Below, in pieces: positions 24,662 through 33,182 of a stretch of DNA of 35,298 nucleotides. The notes under the pieces were generated by a model. That model ran no database searches, was not told the DNA's origin, and saw nothing but the letters and a program-made list of their open reading frames with translations. The stretch is from a virus (lineage: Duplodnaviria > Heunggongvirae > Uroviricota > Caudoviricetes): the IMG/VR virus record IMGVR_UViG_3300037454_000603, positions 143,646 through 178,943 of that record. The stretch is one strand, 5' to 3'. Position 1 is the first letter of the stretch. Each line of letters begins with the position of its first letter. Position numbers and translations under genes: made by a program.

Positions 24662-25864
24662 TTATCTTCCACCTCCGCTTCTAAAAAATGTTAGTCTTCT
24701 GCCTCCCAACCCACGATTACGTCTATGAGACATTTCTTCTTGTTCAATTAAGAACATTCTATAAATACCCATTTCTAAAGCAGAAAACTTATCGTGAGTC
24801 ATTCTTTTATTAATTGGCTCAATCGCAATTTTATTTTCAACACCAGTTGGTTTAGTTTTTAAATTCATTATCTCATTAATTAAAATTGAAGTTAGCTCGT
24901 GAGGCATTAAACGCTCATTTCGTTTCTCTGGGGTCATTTTTCGACCAACTTTAGTGGCCATTAATTTATCTTTTGCTTTCTTCTCAGAAATTAAAAAATT
25001 AATCGAACCAGAATAAACTGCTGAATAAATTGCCGCATGCATATCACTATTAATGGTTGATGTTGCTTTAATTCCATAAAGAATTTTAATTGCATTTCGA
25101 GGTTGAATTTCTTCATATTCCTCACGATTAAAGAAACCATAAGCAGGTAATATCTCACCTGTTAACGGATCTAAAGTAGGCTTAATCATAGCATCACCAA
25201 AATTAATACCAATACCATTGATATCTATAACAACTTCTTTTGGACGAAATTCTTTAATTAATCGTTTCAATTCTACGACCTAATAATCAAAAACTTTTTC
25301 GTCTTCTGTTTTACCTAAAACAAATAAATTAACTAAATTGCAATGATATTTATCTAAATTTGGAAAAACTTTTAAAACAGTGGCTACCGACTGGCAACTC
25401 CTTCTTCCTATATCCACTGAAATTAAGTAATAACTTTCAATACCTTCTCTAATAATTTCGTGCGTTTCTGGATTTACTAATTTTCTATGCTACAAAAATT
25501 TTTCATAATCAAACCAAGCGTCACTTGAACTTCCTACGAAACGACTCATATATTCTTTTGCAAACCCTGATTCTGAGAATGTAGAGGCCATCTTCATTTC
25601 ATTTAGGTAATCCTATGATAAAAGACCCGCTTTAATCGGAATCTAATAATCAAAGCCCCAAATAAATGTATTGTGAGGATTTATAATAGCAAGTTCCATC
25701 ATTTCAATTGTTTTATCATAAGCAAAAGTATTTTTATCTGAAGCAGATGAAATCCACATTTGAACTTGCTAAGGTTCATAAGGATTGATTGCCTAGTTTT
25801 CCATTGGTCGATCTACATTAAGCAACGGCAAGATGATGGACGAAATATCGTCCGCCTTGTGATC
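24662..25864 (-). CDS. terL: Terminase large subunit, exon 2 (end of ATPase domain plus RNase H-like nuclease)
   Basis: Begins DHKADDI, in frame with track ORF 24662-25270. WISSA coupling motif, FAKEYMS, ISVDIGR, IDINGIG, HDKFSALEMG. Confidence 0.9.
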
Positions 25865-27056
25865 CCTTAGTACCCTCGGTTTCCCGATATTTATTAGGGG
25901 AGTAGACTATACAATCTAAGTGGGATTATAGTCGTTGAACGTTCTCCATCGGCTTTACGTTAAGGAGATTTCGCTGCGTCTGAAGGGCTTGCACCTTCGG
26001 TTCACCAATCCAATACATTTTTATGGTTTCACTTTTACGTTTACCGCATTCACACCTGTCGTTTCCAACTATGTTGTAGCTGTATTGGCTCTAAGGTAGT
26101 TCCCGCAATTTAACCCATTTTACTACCGCCATCGATCCTAGCAGACAATATTTAATTTTAAAGTTGAATAAGATTGTAAATCCCATTCCTTAAACTTCTC
26201 TTGCCCAATTAAATCTGTTTCTTCTTTAGGAAGATTTTTAAAACGTTGCAATGCCTCATAAGCATGGCCCTTAGTTTTATTTTTCATTCCATTAGTTAAA
26301 AAAGATTTATGTTTATTAAAAAATTTACTTAAAGCGGCATCAATGCCTCGACCATAAATTGACGAAATACATAAACAATAAAAATAATCATCTTCAGATA
26401 AACAAGTACTTACTCTAGGATTGTCATAAGGACGTTCCTAGCTTATTCCAAAAGTTTCTCTAAACAAATCAATAATTCTTTCTTTCTATTCTTTTGGTAA
26501 ATTATCTGCGGAAGATTTATACCATAAATAAGCCTTTTCTCTTAAAATACTTGATACAGTAGAGGAATCTATATTTAAAAATTTGGAAATTTTATCGGTC
26601 ATACGATTCCATTGACAACCTATGTAAATAAAACAATAATCTTCAAAACTTAACTTTCCTCTTGTATTTCCTCCGTCTCCTCCAGCAGTTAAATTATACC
26701 CATCATAAAAAGAATTATATTTTTCAATATTTTGAATTTCTAAAAGATTTAATTCCTTTTCAGTTATATCATCATATATTTCATAACTAAAAGAAAAATT
26801 CCCTTCGCCATACTTATTCCAAGCATTCTGCAATTTTTGATTAATATGCTTATTATTTCGTAATTTATTAAAATGGTCGTTTTTTCTTTTATTAATATTT
26901 ACCGTTTTTCCTATATATCTCTACCCTGTTGAATTATTAATAATACTATAAATATATCCTCTCATTATTAATTCCTCCTTTTATTTATTTCTAAGTAAAA
27001 GTGAGTTTTTATAATGAAAAATTCAACTTTTTCGGAATCATTGATTTTTTTATTTG
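25865..27056 (-). mobile_element. Group I intron (1192 nt) in terL, with the homing endonuclease in the P1 loop
   Basis: Exon 1 ends in U (TAC CGT|) and the intron ends in G (TAAGG|GAT). Core elements AATTGCGGGAA, GACGCAGC, GTTCAACGACTATA (25927-25940) and ATTGTATAGTCT (25904-25915; P7 GACTA/TAGTC), plus GAAA tetraloops. IGS GGCGGTA (~26124-26130) pairs with TACCGT|C with a U-G wobble. Splicing restores GIIDEYR|DH. Confidence 0.93.
26120..26965 (-). CDS. Intron-encoded GIY-YIG homing endonuclease (281 aa; 5 TAG codons)
   Basis: AAGGAGG RBS. MRGYIYSIINNSTG(TAG)RYIGKT...R...H...LQNAWNKYG...E...GYNLTAGG, followed by two related HTH-like repeats (LSFEDY.../LSEDDY...). Confidence 0.9.
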
Positions 27057-27659
27057 ACGGTACTCATCAATAATTCCTGCGGTGGCACGATTACCACGTG
27101 TGGAAGCTAATGGCGTTAAGATATCCATAACAGATCCATTTCTAAAAGTGAGAGACATATATCCCGTACCCATATTACCTTCTCCAATGATTTCTTCTTT
27201 AAGAAGTGGTAATAATGTCCATAACTGTTTAATCTTAGCCTAAGCAATTTTTGCTGACTACTCCTTACCAGGAGCACAGTCAAAAACGTGGCTGTGCGGC
27301 CTAAATATACAAATTAAGTACATGGCCAATATACAAATAAAACTCTTGCCGGCGGCACGGGGTGCTATTGTTAAAATACGTCCGTGTCTTAAACAAACTC
27401 TAATAAAAAGAACCTAAAAGAATTTAAGTCTAAATTTAGAATTAGTTGGAGTAATCATGCGTATATAGCAATCAGGATAAATACTCCAATAGTGACATAT
27501 TGTCTCATATAAATTCCTATTCTTATCAATTCTTCTTGGTGTAATAATAGCATTTTTTTCTAATTCAATTCCATCTCTATAATATTTCTTTGCTGTTTTA
27601 TTTATTACATAATGAATAGTAGATAAAATTGCCTCTGGTGATTTAATTATTCTCTCCAT
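27057..27659 (-). CDS. terL: Terminase large subunit, exon 1 (ATPase N-terminus); spliced product 601 aa
   Basis: LKFF(TAG)VLFIR Q-motif, Walker A APRAAGKSF, GKE(TAG)SA, TRGNRA, Walker B GIIDEY. Confidence 0.92.
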
Positions 27660-27669
27660 TTAAATCACC

Positions 27670-28605
27670 TTACAAAGTTGGAAGGAAATCTTCTTCTGAT
27701 AATGGCGCAGAGCCCTACTCTTTCATGTAGTCTCTAAATTCTTTTTCATTAAAAGTAACGCCCTAATTCTATGCACTAATTTTTAAATTTTCAATTCTAT
27801 GTTCAATTTCCTCTGCTACGCCTGTTTCATTAACATACAAATATTGAAGCCAGAATTTTATATCTTTGATACTAAAATCAGCTTCATCTCTATTAATATC
27901 ATCATAATAAGTATTGGTCCAACCTGTTTTTTCTAAGTAAGCGAAAACTTCTCCTACTGAACTAAATTCATTTGCATCTTTAACAACTTTTGGAGTTAAG
28001 TTCGCAAGTTTAGATAAATCATCATACGCCTTTAAGTCCTTAGAAAAATCAGAACCCTCTCGAATTTTCTATTCAATAATTAAAGAAATCTTACACAATT
28101 TAAGAGCTTGATCTTCGTTAAGCGCGCCAACAATATTTTGTGAATCTAAAAGTCCCTAATGCAAATTTTCTAAGTACTCAAGTTCACTTCTATCATAATT
28201 CTAGCCCCACTTCTATAAAAGCTTTCTCTCCTAATCTGCTTTCACAGTTGGTAAAGCATCCTCAACTCTTCCTTCTTCCTCAATCTTTAAGTAAACTTCA
28301 TTATACATTTTCCAATCTAAAGTCTTATACTATTCTTCTCTAAAAATACTAGCATAAACTCCAAAAGCATCCTTTCCATGACCATTATAAATCTTTTCCC
28401 ATTCTTCAGGAACAAAAGGAATGTCTGCCCACTAACAAAGTTTATCAGCAACATTCCATTTTTGGTCTGGCGGCGCATCGTCAATTATTCTTGCTATACA
28501 AGTTCTACATACAGGTAAGCTTCCCTAGTGAATAATTGACTTACAAGCAATATAGTTAGCTGTAGATTTTTCTTCTCCACACAACTAACATTTCTTTAAA
28601 GCCAT
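27670..28605 (-). CDS. terS: Putative terminase small subunit with N-terminal Zn finger (311 aa; TAG=Gln)
   Basis: ATG after GAGGTG. C(TAG)LC...CRTC...WADIPF; open to TAA 27670; immediately upstream of terL; absent from the track. Confidence 0.72.
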
Positions 28606-28649
28606 TCTCTCACCTCAATTTTATTTTTCAAACTTAAAGTTTGTAAAAG

Positions 28650-28677
28650 TAAGTCTCGCGGCTCTTCTAGTCCTCAA
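28650..28677 (-). promoter_or_regulatory. Candidate phage late promoter TTGA-N19-ACTTA upstream of terS
   Basis: Intergenic; matches the element at 8375-8402. Confidence 0.35.
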
Positions 28678-28680
28678 ATT

Positions 28681-28929
28681 TTATTCATTCTTTTCTTTTA
28701 GTGATTCTTTTTGTCTATCATAATCTCTGTTAGCCCCCGCTGTATCCTTCGCTAACTTAAGAAGCTATTTTCTTTTGAGCCTATTCTACTTTGCGAAAGC
28801 TTCACAAATATTAGTAACATAATCTTCAAATGGGTCAATTTCTTCAACCCCTAAAATATTACCAAAAGCAAGAATATCCGTCAGCTAAAACTAAACAAAG
28901 TAGCTAAGTAATTTTTCAATCTATTTCAT
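28681..28929 (-). CDS. Hypothetical protein (82 aa; TAG=Gln, first TAG at codon 3)
   Basis: GAGGT RBS, ATG AAA TAG ATT..., open to TAA 28681; fills an otherwise empty gap. Confidence 0.7.
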
Positions 28930-28963
28930 TCTTAAACCTCACAATTATTATATTCTATTAGTT

Positions 28964-29034
28964 TGTGCCGCCACACCATTGCTTTAGTTCGTTCTCCACT
29001 TAGATAGAGAACAAACAGAAGGGCCGGCGGCACA
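28964..29034 (-). other. Intergenic structured element (nested stem-loop)
   Basis: TGTGCCGCC/GGCGGCACA closing stem enclosing an 11-bp GTTTGTTCTCT/GGAGAACGAAC stem. Confidence 0.5.
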
Positions 29035-29050
29035 TTCTATTTCAGAAATC

Positions 29051-30250
29051 TTATTTAAACTAAATTTTCTAAGCCTGTCTAAGTTCTTTATCACATTTCT
29101 TACATCTTCCAGTGAGTCCATCAGAGGCCTTACTTTTCCTAACGAAATTTCTTGAATCTCTAAGTAACCATTCTCCACATCTATTACATTTCTTCCAAGC
29201 TTTCTTATAATCCTTACATAAAAACTCATCATAATTAAGCTCAACTGCTTCAACAATAAGTCTAACTGCTTTGTTCCAAATTGTTGAAATATAATTTTCT
29301 CGGTGCTCAATTCCAAGCTCTTTCTTAAGGTGCTCTCCAATCGCCTTATTTGAAAGTCTTAGCTTTTTGTCCTAAACAATTAGAAGTTGCTATGGACTTA
29401 AATTGGCTTTTTCAATGTAAAAATCAAGTGTCCAAAGTAAATTGTTAACTAAAGAATCTGGATAATTTTGAATTGAAGCCTAAAGTTCTTCATAATGCTA
29501 AATTAGCTAGTAAAGGTGTTCTTCGTTTCTAAAGTCAAAATAAGATTTCCCGCTTTTTAAAATTTCGTTCTCATTAGGAAGCGCCGCGGCTTGGTTTTCT
29601 GTATCGTAGAAAGGATTTGCGAAAAATCTGTCGTGTTCTTCTTTGAAAACTCCTCTAGGTAAAATTGGATAAGAACAGTGGGAATCGGTTGGATTAGTGT
29701 GAAATTCAAAACGATTTTTCTTTCCAACAATTGTTTGATTCTCACTATCCAAAAGATAATATTGTTGGGTTCTAAGTTCAATAAGCTAATGCTTAAGAAA
29801 ATAAACCTTATCCTAAATAGACTAGTCTGCGTTGCCGGCCTTTAGTTGCTGTTCTGCCTATTCTAGGAGTGCTTGAATTCTGTCAATTTCTTTCCAAAGT
29901 TCAATCATACCAGGGATTCCTTCTAGTTTTTCTTTCTAAAATTCCTTAATACTAATTTTTTTCTTTTTGTAAATGGTTCTGTCTTTCTGAAAAATATTCT
30001 CATCAAAGGTCGGTGATTCCATTAAACCTTCTAAACTAACAGTTCTATTTTTCTGATAAGAGTTAAATTTTGTTTTAATTTGAATTTCTTTTCTATCAAC
30101 ACTTGAAGTACCATCATCATCTTTTCCATATAATACGTAATTTGTAACTGTTTCAAGTTCGGATTTAGTTAGGGAACTAAGATCAATTTGTTTAATAGCT
30201 TCTAAACGTTCCTTTGAGGAGTAAATTGTAAAGTCGAGTTTAAACTTCAT
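29051..30250 (-). CDS. HTH (sigma region 4-like) plus C-terminal Zn-finger protein (399 aa; ~12 TAG codons)
   Basis: ATG 30250 with GAGGTGAGGAG. Joins track ORFs 29936-30259 and 29507-29752. LSPQQLLIV...SNKAIGEHL...ENYISTIWNKAV; CNRC...DGLTGRCKKC. Confidence 0.8.
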
Positions 30251-30271
30251 TCTCCTCACCTCTCTATAAAT

Positions 30272-30300
30272 ATTATATAACAGATATTTGAGAAAGTCAA
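30272..30300 (-). promoter_or_regulatory. sigmaA-type promoter for the leftward cluster
   Basis: TTGACT-17-TATAAT, 22 bp upstream of ATG 30250. Confidence 0.8.
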
Positions 30301-30312
30301 AGGTTTGAGGTA

Positions 30313-30359
30313 TAGATTCTAGTTTTAAAATTTTTAGATTCTAGTTTTAAAATTTTTAG
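30313..30359. repeat. 22-bp perfect tandem repeat (2 copies)
   Basis: TAGATTCTAGTTTTAAAATTTT x2 followed by TAG. Confidence 0.9.
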
Positions 30360-30428
30360 CTTACAAATTTTTGGGCAGGCATGGCGGCAGTTGCAAGGCA
30401 AAATGGAAAAAAATAGAAAACGACCCCC

Positions 30429-30536
30429 GTCATAATGCACAAACAGATATAGATATAGAGCTGGCTTTATGTGCAATGTGACGGCGGCTTTGTGCATGAT
30501 ACACAAAAAGCGGATTTGTTTTTGTGCATATCATCA
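30429..30536. repeat. Four TGTGCA-based motif copies at the strand switch
   Basis: GTCATAATGCACAAA (reverse, 30429), TGTGCAATGTGAC (30470), TTGTGCATGATAC (30490), TTGTGCATATCAT (30522). Confidence 0.6.
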
Positions 30537-30573
30537 AAGTATCTCATTTTTCAAAAAAACTTTAAAAAACCTA

Positions 30574-30602
30574 TTGACATTTACTTGAACGTGTGCTATA
30601 AT
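30574..30602 (+). promoter_or_regulatory. Consensus sigmaA promoter (extended -10)
   Basis: TTGACA-17-(TG-c)TATAAT with upstream A tracts. Confidence 0.9.
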
Positions 30603-30659
30603 ATAGACAGAACAAGGGGAAAGACCCCTTGACAGACACTTTGAAAGGAAGTCGATTTT

Positions 30660-31205
30660 ATGAACAAACTGTTAGCAATCCGTAAACTCAATGGAAACTC
30701 GTGGAAAATAGGTGCAGGACGTTCCGCACACGTTGTGACCGATATTGGCTTTGAGCCTATCAAAAAGAATGTACTCGGTCACTGTTCACAGCTGGATATA
30801 GCTGTAACTGTATCCGAGGGATATGTAGGTGTATTCACCTTTAGCGCGAATGACCTCAAAGAGGACGCTTTTTTAAGGGCTTTACTCTTTGGCAGAGCTA
30901 CAACTAATCACCAGTTTTGCGCTACAAATGCCATTGTTGCACAGCTCAATGAGAACTACTGTGCATACTGCACAAAGATTATCCCTGAAGCTGATTTCGA
31001 TTTCTCTGCTAACTGCGGTTATCAGCTCGAGGATAAGGCTATTGAAGCGGGCGCGAAAAAGACTAGCGTCAAGCAAGACAAGGTGCTGAAAATTGACTTC
31101 GTTAGAGAGCACCGAAATGTACAGGCTAAATGTAGCTTAAAGCATATCGGCACCAACGGCAAAAGCTACAGCTACAGTAAGACAAACAAGAGTGCTAAGG
31201 CGTAA
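30660..31205 (+). CDS. Early protein, possible C-terminal PD-(D/E)XK nuclease-like domain (181 aa)
   Basis: GAAAGGA RBS; NCGYQLE...KID...VQAK motif order. Confidence 0.8.
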   Translation: MNKLLAIRKLNGNSWKIGAGRSAHVVTDIGFEPIKKNVLGHCSQLDIAVTVSEGYVGVFTFSANDLKEDAFLRALLFGRATTNHQFCATNAIVAQLNENYCAYCTKIIPEADFDFSANCGYQLEDKAIEAGAKKTSVKQDKVLKIDFVREHRNVQAKCSLKHIGTNGKSYSYSKTNKSAKA

Positions 31206-31239
31206 AGCCTTAGCATTCTGGAAAGTGAGGTATACAGCT

Positions 31240-31464
31240 ATGATTGAGTTAGGAATGTATCAAAATGAGTCAGGTTACATCATGACTTTACGAGAGGTTT
31301 ATATCGAAATGCTCGATACTATTGAGGAATATTTCAACAGCTTAGGTATTCGATGGTCAGCTATTAGCACAGAAGCTAAATTGATAGCAGATGGTATCAT
31401 TCAACAGGTTGACTTATTCGGCGAGTATAGCTATAACGGTAAAAAATGGAAAAGGTTCGAATGA
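31240..31464 (+). CDS. Small hypothetical early protein (74 aa)
   Basis: ATG 31240 after GAGGT, within track ORF 31192-31464; followed by a terminator. Confidence 0.75.
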   Translation: MIELGMYQNESGYIMTLREVYIEMLDTIEEYFNSLGIRWSAISTEAKLIADGIIQQVDLFGEYSYNGKKWKRFE

Positions 31465-31476
31465 ACCTTTTCTTTT
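31449..31476 (+). terminator. Intrinsic terminator
   Basis: GAAAAGGTTC-gaat-GAACCTTTTC followed by TTTT. Confidence 0.75.
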
Positions 31477-31546
31477 GGTCTGCAGTTAGCTATGACTAAC
31501 TGTGAACAGTTTGTTAACTATGAGATATAGTCAAAAATGCTTATAA

Positions 31547-31620
31547 GAACAGATGTTCTTACAAGATGATAGTTGAATAGTTGTTCACATGAATAGTTGT
31601 TCACATGAACAGTTGTTCAT
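31547..31620. repeat. 16-bp tandem repeat / GAAC-N4-GTTC (SOS-box-like) cluster
   Basis: GAACagatGTTC at 31547; TGAATAGTTGTTCACA x2 (31574, 31590); then TGAACAGTTGTTCA (31606). Confidence 0.7.
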
Positions 31621-31952
31621 GTGTTCACATTGACTACATCTCACTGTTTACAAACTGTTCATATTTGGTTAGTTAAGGCAAACTAACTATGAACACAATG
31701 TTAACAATGAAATAGTGTAATTGTGAACGAAGTGTGAACTATGAAATAGTCAAGCGAGCTGCGACTCGCGCTGAGGAAATATTACTGACGAGCTGCGAAT
31801 TATTTAAGCCCGATATTATTTTTTATTTCTTAGAAAAAAATGCGACCCGTTTATGTTTTGGTTATCCCTCTATTTCATTATTAACAATGAGGTCATAATT
31901 AAAAGATCAAACTAATTAAAAGATCGAATATATAATATTTACATTTTATTCA

Positions 31953-31981
31953 TTGACAAAATAGGCAAAATATAGTATAAT
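31953..31981 (+). promoter_or_regulatory. Consensus sigmaA promoter
   Basis: TTGACA-17-TATAAT. Confidence 0.9.
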
Positions 31982-32028
31982 GGTTACAATGAAAGAACAA
32001 CCTAAGACCTTTGAAAGGACGTGTCATT

Positions 32029-32337
32029 ATGTTGATGAACAGAAAAGACTTTTATGAGGAAATCGCAGATTATACTGGTTGGTACGAGGATAGCGAGTTT
32101 TACAACTGGTTCACCCGTTATTATGGGTGTGAACCCGTTGATATCCACGTCGAGGGATATGATTTTGACCGCGATGTGAAGTGGACTCCAAATCTAGAGG
32201 AAGCGTATCAAGAGGCACTGGCAGAACTCATAGAACAGTATGAAGATGAAGACGACTATGAAAGTAATATGCCGTGTGATTTTTCGGGATATTGTTCGGG
32301 CACTAATTGCCCTAACTTTTATAAATGTCAGGGTTAA
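32029..32337 (+). CDS. Small, very acidic early protein with C-terminal Cys cluster (102 aa)
   Basis: ATG 32029 after TTGAAAGGACGTGT; D/E/Y-rich; ends CDFSGYCSGTNCPNFYKCQG. Confidence 0.85.
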   Translation: MLMNRKDFYEEIADYTGWYEDSEFYNWFTRYYGCEPVDIHVEGYDFDRDVKWTPNLEEAYQEALAELIEQYEDEDDYESNMPCDFSGYCSGTNCPNFYKCQG

Positions 32338-32369
32338 AAAGTAGAGGGGTCTAAACCCCTTTACTTTTT
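32336..32369 (+). terminator. Intrinsic terminator
   Basis: AAAAAGTAGAGGGGT-ctaa-ACCCCTTTACTTTTT. Confidence 0.8.
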
Positions 32370-32599
32370 GCTTTGATATTTGAACAATGGTTCATATGAA
32401 CATAGAAAATTATGAACCCCTTATGAATACTGAAATATAGACGGTGCCGCGAGACCATGAACGATTTGTTAATGATGAAATAGAGGAACTATTTCTATGT
32501 TAACAGGGCGTTCAAATATGAATAAGGCGTAAATTAATTGACCCCTTTTAACTTAAAACAAATTCACATAATATTATTTTATTGTTTACAGAATATTCA

Positions 32600-32628
32600 T
32601 TGACTTTTTCTTCAAAGTATAGTATACT
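32600..32628 (+). promoter_or_regulatory. sigmaA promoter
   Basis: TTGACT-17-TATACT. Confidence 0.82.
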
Positions 32629-32687
32629 TATATCAAGGAAAGGGGAAAGGAACAAACCCCCTTAAAGACTTGAAAGGACGTGTCAAT

Positions 32688-32951
32688 ATGAAAATAACTA
32701 AAAGCGTACTGAGAATGAAGATTGGTTATCTGAACTATATAACCAACAGAGAAGACCCCAAAAACGAGGACGGATATTATGCTCTTGACTACGGTTACAA
32801 TGGCGTTAAGGTTGTCCTTTGTTCTGCTTATGGCGGCATCACGGCAGAAATGTCACCGAGAGGAACAAAGACCGAAATAGGTATTATTTTGGATAGTATG
32901 ATAATGGTCTACGAAAGAGAGTTAATGAGAGCAAAGGGAGAGTGCGATTAA
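32688..32951 (+). CDS. Small hypothetical early protein (87 aa)
   Basis: ATG 32688 after TTGAAAGGACGTGT; promoter upstream, terminator downstream. Confidence 0.85.
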   Translation: MKITKSVLRMKIGYLNYITNREDPKNEDGYYALDYGYNGVKVVLCSAYGGITAEMSPRGTKTEIGIILDSMIMVYERELMRAKGECD

Positions 32952-32966
32952 TCGCACTTTCTTTTT
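32940..32966 (+). terminator. Intrinsic terminator
   Basis: AGTGCGAT-ta-ATCGCACT followed by TTCTTTTT. Confidence 0.75.
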
Positions 32967-33152
32967 GTCCTTTATCCTATTTCATTGTTCACAATTAGTT
33001 AACACTGTGCCGCGAGACCATTCTAAAATATTGTAAACCAATTGTGAATCTTGAAATAGTATAAGAGGATTTCTGTCTTAATAATTTAGTCTTGTTTATT
33101 TTATTTAAACCCCTAAATGTTAATTAAATATGAACATTGAAATATACCCCGT

Positions 33153-33182
33153 AAAAATGGCGGTCAATTGACCGCCTATTTT
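33153..33182 (-). terminator. Intrinsic (bidirectional-looking) terminator
   Basis: GGCGGTCA-at-TGACCGCC flanked by A and T tracts, at the stop of 33182-33502. Confidence 0.75.

Noticed and set aside
25865-27056. Intein, or a free-standing endonuclease splitting terL into two genes
   Set aside because: Exon 1 hits TAA just inside the insert and the endonuclease has its own RBS. Group I core elements and U/G splice sites restore the frame.
28984-29781. Track ORFs 28984-29340 and 29557-29781
   Set aside because: Alternative frames overlapping the code-15 gene 29051-30250, which has a clear Zn finger.
1-30250. Pseudogenised/decayed prophage or sequencing errors as the cause of fragmented ORFs
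   Set aside because: The interruptions I traced are all TAG, with no frameshifts or internal TAA/TGA, and they fall on conserved Gln positions.
30297-30506. 69-aa minus-strand ORF
   Set aside because: Spans repeats in the divergent promoter region; no RBS.
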